From assembly GCA_947167725.1 (NCBI GenBank), contig CAMVJF010000001.1:1-48993 (forward strand): DNA of 48,993 bases, read 5' to 3'. Numbering within the stretch: position 1 is the first letter of the stretch; every line of letters begins with the position of its first letter. Made by a program: the position numbers and the translations under genes. The DNA comes from an uncultured Clostridia bacterium (GTDB lineage Bacteria; Bacillota; Clostridia; Oscillospirales; Oscillospiraceae). Under the pieces are notes generated by a model. The model was not told the DNA's origin, did not search any database, and worked only from the letters and a program-made list of their open reading frames with translations. Shown piece by piece: positions 8,378 through 16,086 of this stretch.

Positions 8378-8639
8378 CTGGCTTTACTCGTTAGGCCCGC
8401 GGGCTACGGCTCGGCGGGAACAATAAAGCAAAAGGGGCGTATCTCCCGGCCAAAAGGCCAAAGATACCGCCCGCCACCAGCGGACAACCGGGGCGACGGG
8501 CAAAACCGCGTAGACTGGCCGCTCTCGGCAAACGAGTGGAGCCCTGCCCGGCGGCCGCGGGGTAGCGTCTGCGGATCAAGGGCAGAGGCAAGGAGCGTCA
8601 CGCGCGGCGCTATTATTATGAAACAAAGGAGGGCACACC
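8378..8639 (+). ncRNA. DGR RNA spacer region between TR and RT (non-coding, structured)
   Basis: No credible ORF with an RBS. Nested hairpin GGCGTATCT..GGCC-aaaa-GGCC..AGATACCGCC at 8435-8471. The position corresponds to the self-priming spacer of characterised DGR RNAs. Confidence 0.5.
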
Positions 8640-9725
8640 ATGGAGGAAGGCAAGGCGCCGTCTCTTTTGGAGCGGATTTACTCGTGGGACAATCTCATGG
8701 AAGCATACCACGAGGCAGGCCGCGGCAAATGGTACCGGGGCGACGTGACGTCCTTCACGGCAAATCTGGAGGAAAATCTGATCAGCATACAAAACGATCT
8801 GATCTGGCACACATACAAGGTGGGACGGTACCGGGAGTTTTATGTGCAGGAACCGAAGAAGCGCCTCGTCATGGCTCTGAGTTTTCGCGATCGCGTCGTT
8901 CAATGGGCGATCTATCGGCAGATAAACGACGAGCTCGACAACTGCATGATTTTTCACAGCTACGGGTGCAGAGTCGGAAAAGGAACCACCAGATCAGCCG
9001 ACAAGCTCCAAGACTGGTGCACCCTCGTGGGACGTAAGCAGCAGCCGTGGTATTATCTGAAACTTGACATTTCAAAGTATTTTTACCGGGTGGATCACAC
9101 CGTTCTGCTCGGTATCATGGAGAGGAAATACCCGGACGAGGACGGCTTTCTGTGGCTCATGCGCGAGATCGTCAACTGTGACCACACACCCTTCGGACTA
9201 CCGCCCGGCAAGAATGCCGACGAGGTGCCGCCGCCCGAGAGGCTTTTCGAGGTGGGAATGCCGATCGGCAACCTCACCAGCCAACTGCTCGCGAACGTCT
9301 GCCTCAACGAGCTGGATCAGTACATAAAGCACGAGCTCCGCGCGCACTACTACGTCCGCTACATGGACGACATGGTGCTGCTGCACCCGGATCCGAAGGT
9401 ACTCAACGAGTGGCGCGTGCTGATCGAGGACTATCTCAACAATGTGCTGAGGCTGGAGCTCAACGGCAAGACCGCGATCGGGCTCGTGAAGAACGGGATC
9501 ACGTTTGTGGGCTGCCGCATTTTTCCGGGGTACCGCAGAATGACGGCGAAGTCCGTCAAGAAAATGAAGAAGCGTATGCAATACATAGCGAAGGAATACC
9601 AAGCCGGGCTAATCGACTTCGACGCCGTAGACGCTACAATGCAGAGCTATTTCGGGCTTATGGGGCATTGTGCCACCAAAGGGCTCCAGAAATGGATCGA
9701 ACAAAATATAGTTTTCAAGGGGTGA
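8640..9725 (+). CDS. DGR reverse transcriptase
   Basis: 361 aa with RBS AAGGAGGG upstream. RT motifs: KLDISKYFYRVDH, IGNLTSQLLANVCLNELD (DGR-type [IL]GxxxSQ) and catalytic YVRYMDDMVLL. Confidence 0.9.
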   Translation: MEEGKAPSLLERIYSWDNLMEAYHEAGRGKWYRGDVTSFTANLEENLISIQNDLIWHTYKVGRYREFYVQEPKKRLVMALSFRDRVVQWAIYRQINDELDNCMIFHSYGCRVGKGTTRSADKLQDWCTLVGRKQQPWYYLKLDISKYFYRVDHTVLLGIMERKYPDEDGFLWLMREIVNCDHTPFGLPPGKNADEVPPPERLFEVGMPIGNLTSQLLANVCLNELDQYIKHELRAHYYVRYMDDMVLLHPDPKVLNEWRVLIEDYLNNVLRLELNGKTAIGLVKNGITFVGCRIFPGYRRMTAKSVKKMKKRMQYIAKEYQAGLIDFDAVDATMQSYFGLMGHCATKGLQKWIEQNIVFKG

Positions 9726-9729
9726 TACT

Positions 9730-10092
9730 ATGAACGAGACAGTGATCGCCGTGCTGGCGGCGGCCGGCATTCCTTCGGCGATAACCGGCTTCGGGCTTTG
9801 GCTAATTCAGCAGAAGATCCAGAAGCGTGAGGCAAAACGCGAGCAGGAAGAACAGGAACGCAGAAAGAGGCGTGAGGAACGGGAGAAGAAGCGCGAGGAA
9901 AACGAGGTGCTTCTGCTCCATAGCGTGAACGCTGCGATCGCTCTCGGCGAGGCTACGGCCAAAGCGGTGCAGCGGATCCCGGACGCTCATTGTAACGGGG
10001 ATATGCACGCCGCGCTCGAATACGCCGAGAAGGTAAAGCACGAGCAAAAGGAGTTTCTGGCACGTCAAGGGATCGGCTCCCTCTACGACTGA
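9730..10092 (+). CDS. Membrane-anchored coiled-coil protein (BhlA-like topology, possible holin/lysis accessory)
   Basis: One N-terminal TM segment (VIAVLAAAGIPSAITGFGLWLI) followed by a highly charged K/R/E helix. Lies just upstream of the lysis genes. Confidence 0.4.
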   Translation: MNETVIAVLAAAGIPSAITGFGLWLIQQKIQKREAKREQEEQERRKRREEREKKREENEVLLLHSVNAAIALGEATAKAVQRIPDAHCNGDMHAALEYAEKVKHEQKEFLARQGIGSLYD

Positions 10093-10107
10093 GAGGGGGG
10101 CGAGCTC

Positions 10108-10446
10108 ATGAACGACGAGAAGATCCGGGAACTCATGGAGGAAAACGCCCGGCTCAAAAAAGAGAACAAGCGGCTCAGAACGCTATACAAGAGCAAGCGC
10201 GTGGAGTTTTCAAAGGTTATTTTTGCGGTAGTCGCGATCATGACCGCGGGGATCATCGTCTTTTCCTGCGCTTTGATCTGGCGAACCGGCGACACGTCCA
10301 CGCTCGCGTATCTGATCCCCGCAGTTTTCGCCGAGCTGGCGTCGGCTACCGGCTTTTATTACAACAAAGCCAAAGCCGAGAACAAGATCAAACTCATGGC
10401 TCTGACAGGAACAGAGCCGGACGCGCAGACATTTGAAACCATGTAA
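10108..10446 (+). CDS. Putative holin / XhlA-like lysis membrane protein
   Basis: N-terminal coiled coil followed by two TM segments (VIFAVVAIMTAGIIVFSCALIW; LAYLIPAVFAELASATGFYY). Immediately precedes the endolysin. Confidence 0.45.
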   Translation: MNDEKIRELMEENARLKKENKRLRTLYKSKRVEFSKVIFAVVAIMTAGIIVFSCALIWRTGDTSTLAYLIPAVFAELASATGFYYNKAKAENKIKLMALTGTEPDAQTFETM

Positions 10447-10460
10447 AGGGGGGCATAAAC

Positions 10461-12002
10461 ATGGCATTGATAGGCAAGAACAACGAGGAAAAGATCTGGA
10501 ACTTCCTCACCGGCAAGGGGCTGAGCGCTCACGGAGCTGCCGGCCTCATGGGTAATCTGTACGCGGAGAGCGCGCTCGAACCCATGAATTTGCAGAACAC
10601 CTACGAGAAAAGCCTCGGCTATACTGACGCCGGCTACACGGCGGCGGTGGACTCCGGGAAATATACCAATTTCGTGCACGACTCCGCAGGCTACGGCCTC
10701 GCACAATGGACATACTACACCCGCAAAGAGGCGCTGCTGAAATATGCGAAAGCTGCCGGCGCCTCGATCGGAGATCTGGAGACGCAGCTCGGCTTTTTAT
10801 ACAAAGAGCTCAGCAGCGGCTACCCGGCTTTACTCTCCACGCTCAGAACTGCCGCCACCGTGCGCACAGCGTCGGACGCCGTTCTGACAATCTACGAGCG
10901 CCCGGCTGATATGTCGGAGCGCGTAAAGGTACAGCGCGCGAACTTCGGGCAAAAGTACCTCGACAAATACGGCAGCGCCGTGACTCCGACGCCGGAACCA
11001 AGCACCGGGGGGAGCTGCACAGCGGCGGCTCTGCTCGCGATCGCAGCGGCAGAGATCGGGTACCATGAGAAGGCGTCGAACGCAAACCTCGACAGCAAGA
11101 CCGGGAACTCCGGCGCCGCGAACTTCACGAAATACTCCCGCGATTTGGCAGCGGCCGGCTATTACAACGGGAACAAGCAGGGCGTGGCGTGGTGTGACGT
11201 GTTCGTGGACTGGTGCTTCTACCAGCTGGCAGGCAGGAACGCAAAGAAGGCGCAGGAAATCGAGTGCCAGACCGGGCCGCTCGGCGCCGGCTGCCTCTAC
11301 TCTATGCAATACTACCAGCAGCAGGGGCGCTTCTATACATCGAACCCGCAGCCGGGCGACCAAGTTTTCTACCAGTCCGGCGGCTCTATCAGTCACACCG
11401 GCATTGTCGAGAGCGTGAACGGCTCGACCTTCACGACCATTGAAGGCAATGCAAGCGATCAAGTTATGCGCTGCAAGCGCAAAATGAACGACGGCTACAC
11501 CTACGGCTTCGGCCGCCCGAAGTACGACGCGGGGACAGACTCTGCGCCGACAGAGCCGGCACAGCCGAGCACACCGCTGAAATACAAGATCGGGGACGTC
11601 GTGAACTTCTCCGGCTCGGTGCATTATGTGAGCTCCAACGCCGCGAACGGATCCAACTGCAAGCCCGGCAAGGTGAAGATCACCGCCGTGTATGCGAGCG
11701 GCAAGCACCCGTACCACGCGATCGCAGAGGCAGGCGGCGGCTCTACGGCATACGGCTGGGTGGACACTGACAAGCTGAGCCCGATCACGGAGATCAAGAT
11801 CGGCGACGCCGTGAAGTTTAAGGGCGGCCCGCACTATGCGAGCTCGACCGCTGCGGCAGACTCCGGATCCCCGAAAGCCGGCCCCGCTACCGTGACAGCG
11901 ATCGCGAAGGGCGCAAAGCACCCGTACCACGTCGTACACACGGACAAGCAGTCCACCGTCTACGGCTGGGTGGACGCTGCCCTCGTGGAGAAAACGCAAT
12001 GA
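10461..12002 (+). CDS. Multidomain endolysin: N-terminal phage lysozyme-like domain, central CHAP domain, two C-terminal SH3-like repeats
   Basis: N-terminus GAAGLMGNLYAESALEP...YGLAQWTYYTRK (phage tail lysozyme-type). Middle NGNKQGVAWCDVFVDWC...SHTGIV...IEGNAS (CHAP Cys/His). Two C-terminal ~70-aa repeats, KIGDxVxFxG..HY.SS...YGWVD. Confidence 0.85.
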   Translation: MALIGKNNEEKIWNFLTGKGLSAHGAAGLMGNLYAESALEPMNLQNTYEKSLGYTDAGYTAAVDSGKYTNFVHDSAGYGLAQWTYYTRKEALLKYAKAAGASIGDLETQLGFLYKELSSGYPALLSTLRTAATVRTASDAVLTIYERPADMSERVKVQRANFGQKYLDKYGSAVTPTPEPSTGGSCTAAALLAIAAAEIGYHEKASNANLDSKTGNSGAANFTKYSRDLAAAGYYNGNKQGVAWCDVFVDWCFYQLAGRNAKKAQEIECQTGPLGAGCLYSMQYYQQQGRFYTSNPQPGDQVFYQSGGSISHTGIVESVNGSTFTTIEGNASDQVMRCKRKMNDGYTYGFGRPKYDAGTDSAPTEPAQPSTPLKYKIGDVVNFSGSVHYVSSNAANGSNCKPGKVKITAVYASGKHPYHAIAEAGGGSTAYGWVDTDKLSPITEIKIGDAVKFKGGPHYASSTAAADSGSPKAGPATVTAIAKGAKHPYHVVHTDKQSTVYGWVDAALVEKTQ

Positions 12003-12169
12003 TCCGGGGCATGGCAGCCGTGATCCTCATCGTCGGCGGCTTTATCACGTTTGTGGGGTGGCTGCACGGCGTCCTTAATTCGGACGGCCGGTGCGATCCC
12101 GGCGCAGACTGTGAGAGCTGCCCGTTTCCGTGCGAGCACCACGAGAGGAAACGCAGGAACAAGAAATAA
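11999..12169 (+). CDS. Small membrane protein with Cys-rich C-terminus (56 aa, below the ORF-track cutoff)
   Basis: ATG overlaps the endolysin stop (ATGA at 11999-12002). MIRGMAAVILIVGGFITFVGWLHGVLNSDGRCDPGADCESCPFPCEHHERKRRNKK: one TM segment plus a CxxxxxCxxCxxxC tail. Last gene of the late/lysis operon. Confidence 0.45.
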   Translation: MIRGMAAVILIVGGFITFVGWLHGVLNSDGRCDPGADCESCPFPCEHHERKRRNKK

Positions 12170-12216
12170 ACAGAACACCGTCCACGAGCTCTCAGCGGCT
12201 CGCTGGACGCATGGCA

Positions 12217-12250
12217 AGAGCCCGGAGGGTGTAACAACCTTCCGGGCTCT
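12217..12250. other. Inverted repeat between convergent lysis and integrase genes (candidate attP core and/or bidirectional terminator)
   Basis: AGAGCCCGGA (12217-12226) and TCCGGGCTCT (12241-12250): 10-bp perfect arms around a 14-nt spacer, in the only non-coding gap next to the int 3' end. Confidence 0.4.
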
Positions 12251-12270
12251 CTCTGCGTCTACAAACGCTG

Positions 12271-13875
12271 TTATTTGCGAATTTTGCACACGACCGCGAC
12301 AACCTTCTCGAAGAAATACAAGATCGTCGCCGAGGTGTTCAATTTCGCGCAATTTGGTGGAGCTGACCGCGCGAAAGCTGAACACTCAGGATCCGCGCAG
12401 TTTGTGGCATTCTCCACGAGCTCCAGCGTCACCTTGCAATTATCGCCGGAGTAATTCAGCACGAGGGTGAGTTTGTCGTCGTACAGATAGGCGGCATTCA
12501 AGAACACACCGACAAGCAACTGCCGGTAGCTCTCGTCGTCCACGTCGCCGCCTCTGAAACGCTCCAGAAAATAAACGATCTGATCGCGCTCCAGATCCGG
12601 CTCGGCGATAAGCTGCTGAGCGATCCCCGTCTCGATCTGCGCCTTCTCAGCTTCGAGCTGCACGAGCCGGGACTTTGTGGACGGGGTAATGATCCCCGCC
12701 TCGATCGCTGCGATCATGTTCTGGATCGCCTTCTCGTTCTCACGCTGCCGGGCTTCGAGGGCGTGGAGGGCGCTCTGATCCTTCTCGCGCTTCTGGTACT
12801 CCATGCAGCGATCCGCGACCTCGTTTATAAATTCATCGGAGTGGATCAGCTTCACCAGCTCGTCGATCACCAGCTGCTCGATCCAGTCCTTCGGCGCCCT
12901 CTCTTTGTCGCATTTCCGGCGCTTCCTATTGTTACAAGTGTAATAGTGATACACGCGGCCGGTTTTACTCGTGCCGCCGTCGCCGGTCATAGGCTCGCCG
13001 CAATGGCCGCAGAACAGCTTCGACGTGAGCAGGAAGGACACGTCCCGCGCCGCTGCCGGTGAATGGTGGTGCGTGGCGAGCATACTCTGGCATTTGTCGA
13101 ACAGCTCCCGGCTCACGATCGGCGGGATCCCGTGCTCGTCTCGAATATCCTTGTATTGATAAACGCCGACGTATTTCTCATTTTTCAGAATGTGCCGTAA
13201 ACTGTTTTTATTGAACAGCCCGCCGCGGCTCGTCCGGTACCCCTCATTATTCAGCCGGGTGTAAATATCTTTTGCAGGCTCTCCGGCTGCGTATTCCTCG
13301 AAGATCCGGAGCACGATCGGAGCTGTTTCCGGATCAATCTCGAACCGCCCGTCCGGGCCCTTCCTCAGACCTAACACTTTGTAGCCGAGTGTTTTCCGCT
13401 CCAGAGCGCTGTCATAATTGCCGCGCTTTATGTTTTGGCTGAGGTTTTCGCTGTAATACTCCGCGTAGCCTTCCATGACCGACTCCAGAATAATGCCCTC
13501 CGGGCCTTCTGGGATCGCCTCTTTTGCGTAGTATACGCGGACGCCGTTCTTTTTGAGTTTATACTTGTATGTGGCTGAGTCGTACCGGTTACGGGCGAAC
13601 CGGTCAATTTTCCAGCAGATCACAGCCTTGAACACGCCGCGCTCTGAGTCCCGGAGCATTCTCTGAAAGTCCGGGCGTTTATCCGTGCGGCCGGTGAGAG
13701 CTTTGTCGGTGTATTCTCCGATAATGCGGAACCCATTCCGCGCCGCCCATGCTCTGCACTCGCGGAGCTGCCCCTCGATACTTTCTTCACGCTGCCCGCT
13801 GCTGGAGTATCTGGCATAGATCACGGCGGGGATCAGAGCGGGATCCGGAGCGGCTGCTGTTTTCTTCCTGCTCAT
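12271..13875 (-). CDS. Large serine recombinase (phage integrase)
   Basis: N-terminal resolvase catalytic domain AVIYARYSSSGQREESIEGQ...WKIDRFARN, then a recombinase domain and a zinc-ribbon CGHCGEPM...YYTCNNRKRRKC, then a coiled coil. The ATG at 13875 overlaps the upstream stop (ATGA). Confidence 0.9.
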   Translation of the reverse strand: MSRKKTAAAPDPALIPAVIYARYSSSGQREESIEGQLRECRAWAARNGFRIIGEYTDKALTGRTDKRPDFQRMLRDSERGVFKAVICWKIDRFARNRYDSATYKYKLKKNGVRVYYAKEAIPEGPEGIILESVMEGYAEYYSENLSQNIKRGNYDSALERKTLGYKVLGLRKGPDGRFEIDPETAPIVLRIFEEYAAGEPAKDIYTRLNNEGYRTSRGGLFNKNSLRHILKNEKYVGVYQYKDIRDEHGIPPIVSRELFDKCQSMLATHHHSPAAARDVSFLLTSKLFCGHCGEPMTGDGGTSKTGRVYHYYTCNNRKRRKCDKERAPKDWIEQLVIDELVKLIHSDEFINEVADRCMEYQKREKDQSALHALEARQRENEKAIQNMIAAIEAGIITPSTKSRLVQLEAEKAQIETGIAQQLIAEPDLERDQIVYFLERFRGGDVDDESYRQLLVGVFLNAAYLYDDKLTLVLNYSGDNCKVTLELVENATNCADPECSAFARSAPPNCAKLNTSATILYFFEKVVAVVCKIRK

Positions 13876-14768
13876 GGCTTCCAGTTTGTGCAACGGTTTG
13901 AGCCGTGCTTATTCAGCAGATCGGTGACTTCATCGTCTGGGAACTGGATCCGGAGCTCAGAGACGCCGGAGGGAGAAACGACCGTCAGAAACTCGGCACC
14001 GTGCGGCACAGCTATGAACTGCCCGCCCTCGTTCATGACGTTATCGTCTGTGTACTTCCGCAGCAGATAGGTGTAAACCTTCTTTTTGGCAACTTCCAAG
14101 AGCCCGGCGGGACGAATGAACGCAAAGCGAGGATAAACGAGCGGGACAACCTCGGAGGCGTGAGCAAGGCACCACTCAAACTTTGCTTTTTTGGTGCTTT
14201 TAATCTCTGCTGGGAATGAAAAGCCGAGAGCTTCCAGCTTTTCGAGCGTCATTTTCTGAGTGTGCTCGCGGAGTGCCTGCTCGTCGTTCTGGTACGTTTC
14301 GACAAGCCCGTCTGCGATCGCCTTCTGCATAATTTCGGTGTTTTCGCACGGGCAGCTTTTCCCGGTGTTATGGAGGTACATCATTTCCCGGATTTTGCTT
14401 TGCGCCTCGTCGGTGTATGTTTCAAGCAATTCAACAGCGCGAGCGAGCGCCTGCTTTCTCTCCGAAGAAGTGGGGGTGGGCGCTTTTACCGCTTTGGAGT
14501 CAGAGGAAACAGCTCCGGCAGACATGAGCCCGCACTCGATCGCGAGTCTGTAAATGTGTTTGCACGGCTGCTTCCTGCGTGAGAAGTCCACACAAGTGCA
14601 AGCTGCCAGCGTCGTATTATAAAGACCATGAGAGCCGGAGAATGTCGCCGCCCCCGCGTTTTTGTCGATAGAAACCGGAGTGTTTTCTGCTTTTATGGCC
14701 GAGCTGATCCGCTTCTGCTGCTCTGGATCGGAGTGCATTCCGTCCCATTTCTTCCACATATTCTGCAT
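13872..14768 (-). CDS. SWIM zinc-finger protein, translationally coupled to the integrase
   Basis: The start at 14768 (MQNMWKKW) follows GAAAGTGAGG. SWIM signature CTCVDFSRRKQPCKHIYRL (CxC...CxH). About 298 aa, remainder unrecognised. Confidence 0.6.
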   Translation of the reverse strand: MQNMWKKWDGMHSDPEQQKRISSAIKAENTPVSIDKNAGAATFSGSHGLYNTTLAACTCVDFSRRKQPCKHIYRLAIECGLMSAGAVSSDSKAVKAPTPTSSERKQALARAVELLETYTDEAQSKIREMMYLHNTGKSCPCENTEIMQKAIADGLVETYQNDEQALREHTQKMTLEKLEALGFSFPAEIKSTKKAKFEWCLAHASEVVPLVYPRFAFIRPAGLLEVAKKKVYTYLLRKYTDDNVMNEGGQFIAVPHGAEFLTVVSPSGVSELRIQFPDDEVTDLLNKHGSNRCTNWKP

Positions 14769-14783
14769 AACGACCTCACTTTC

Positions 14784-14813
14784 TCCCGCCGTTTGGCGGG
14801 ATTTTATTTTTTT
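14784..14813 (+). terminator. Rho-independent terminator oriented on the plus strand
   Basis: TCCCGCC-gttt-GGCGGGA stem (14784-14801) followed by TTTTATTTTTTT (14802-14813). Confidence 0.5.
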
Positions 14814-14891
14814 GAAATTTAATAATTCGACACACTTCACCCGGCTGCTTTTTTGCGATATTGCCAGAACAAACAGAAAAATCTACATAAA

Positions 14892-15260
14892 TCACACGGC
14901 CGACTCTTTTTTGACCGCTGGCCGCCTATTGCACCTCAGCACCATGAGCGCGGACTCTCTGGCCGAGTCTGTGGCCTCTCGCCACGCTTGCAAAATCTCT
15001 GCTTCATCGTTTTGCACCACAACGCCCTCACCGGGCGGGTGCATACCTTCCAGCGGATCGTCAGTCCAGCACATCAAGTAAGCCGGTGAGCAATGCAGAG
15101 CCTTCGCGAACAGCTCCACGGTGTTCGTGTAGACGTTTTTGATCACGTTCTTCTCGTACTTCTGAATAGCCGATCGGCTGACTCCGACAACGGCGCCGAC
15201 TTCTTCCAGAGTCAACCCCATGTCGAGACGGCGCTGTTTCATTCTCTCAGAGCTAAACAA
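14892..15260 (-). CDS. XRE/CI-like HTH repressor
   Basis: TTG start at 15260, 6 nt after AGGGAGGG. HTH LTLEEVGAVVGVSRSAIQKYEKN. Divergent from the early operon. Confidence 0.75.
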   Translation of the reverse strand: MFSSERMKQRRLDMGLTLEEVGAVVGVSRSAIQKYEKNVIKNVYTNTVELFAKALHCSPAYLMCWTDDPLEGMHPPGEGVVVQNDEAEILQAWREATDSARESALMVLRCNRRPAVKKESAV

Positions 15261-15292
15261 GAAAAGCCCTCCCTTCGTTTCATAATACCCTA

Positions 15293-15321
15293 ATTATACC
15301 ACAAAAAACACTGCAAAGCAA
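15293..15321 (-). promoter_or_regulatory. Leftward (repressor) promoter
   Basis: On the minus strand: TTGCTT, 17-nt spacer, TGgTATAAT (extended -10). Lies upstream of the repressor RBS. Confidence 0.55.
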
Positions 15322-15351
15322 CAATTTTTGAAAAAAATTTTCATTTGTGGC

Positions 15352-15380
15352 TTGACAAGCTACAAAAATGATGATATAAT
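15352..15380 (+). promoter_or_regulatory. Rightward early promoter
   Basis: Perfect consensus TTGACA (15352-15357), 17-nt spacer, TATAAT (15375-15380), 65 nt upstream of the Cro-like gene. Confidence 0.65.
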
Positions 15381-15445
15381 TATACATGAACCGGGGGAGC
15401 CGGGCCAAAACGAACAAGACGACAAGCCGAAAAGGAGGCGAGAAC

Positions 15446-15661
15446 ATGGTAAACACCACGGAGCTGCGCGTTTATATGACACGGCGCGACAATATGACGA
15501 TCTCAGAACTGGCGAAGGCAATCGGGAAAAGCCCCGCAACTGTGAGCCGCTGGTTTGAAAACAGGGATATGCCGGTAAGCTACGCCGAGACAATCGCGAA
15601 GATCCTCGAAATCCCTCAGAAGGAAATGATCTCAATTTTTTTTGCTAACTTTGTAGCGTGA
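15446..15661 (+). CDS. Cro-like / HTH early regulator
   Basis: ATG at 15446 follows AAAGGAGG. HTH MTISELAKAIGKSPATVSRWFEN. First gene of the rightward operon. Confidence 0.65.
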   Translation: MVNTTELRVYMTRRDNMTISELAKAIGKSPATVSRWFENRDMPVSYAETIAKILEIPQKEMISIFFANFVA

Positions 15662-15691
15662 CACGCTACAAGATAGAAGGAGGGCACCGAC

Positions 15692-16066
15692 ATGAAAGAC
15701 GTTAAGATCGTAGCAACAGACAACCGCACCTATCTGGTGAGAGCCACCACGAGGCGCTTCGGAGAGGACGCGGTGCTGTTTGAGAGCTGGAAGTGGAGCG
15801 ACTGCCTCGACTATCTGAGGCGCCTCGGTATCGAGTACACGGGCAAGCGCCCGGCGTTTCCTCGTCACAGAGCGAACGGCACGACGATCACCCGGCACCC
15901 CGACCGCTGGAACCCCGCAAAGGTTTGGCTCGTCAAGCGCTACGCCGACGGGCACTACGCACTCAATCAAGAGATCAGCGGCTTTGTGTTCTACACGAAA
16001 TACCAGCGCGCGCCGCTCTGGTACATCGAGCAGATCCTCACAGGCTACACCCGCCAAATGAACTAA
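15692..16066 (+). CDS. Hypothetical early protein
   Basis: RBS GAAGGAGGG upstream, 124 aa. Confidence 0.55.
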   Translation: MKDVKIVATDNRTYLVRATTRRFGEDAVLFESWKWSDCLDYLRRLGIEYTGKRPAFPRHRANGTTITRHPDRWNPAKVWLVKRYADGHYALNQEISGFVFYTKYQRAPLWYIEQILTGYTRQMN

Positions 16067-16086
16067 CCGCAGAAAAGGAGCAGGCT

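Noticed and set aside
8270-9037. A 255-aa plus-strand ORF that starts inside the TR and runs into the RT gene.
   Set aside because: It begins with the TR sequence itself, crosses the structured spacer and overlaps the RT gene out of frame. Its product is Arg/Gly/Pro-rich and it has no RBS. It is an artefact of the GC-rich non-coding DGR RNA region.
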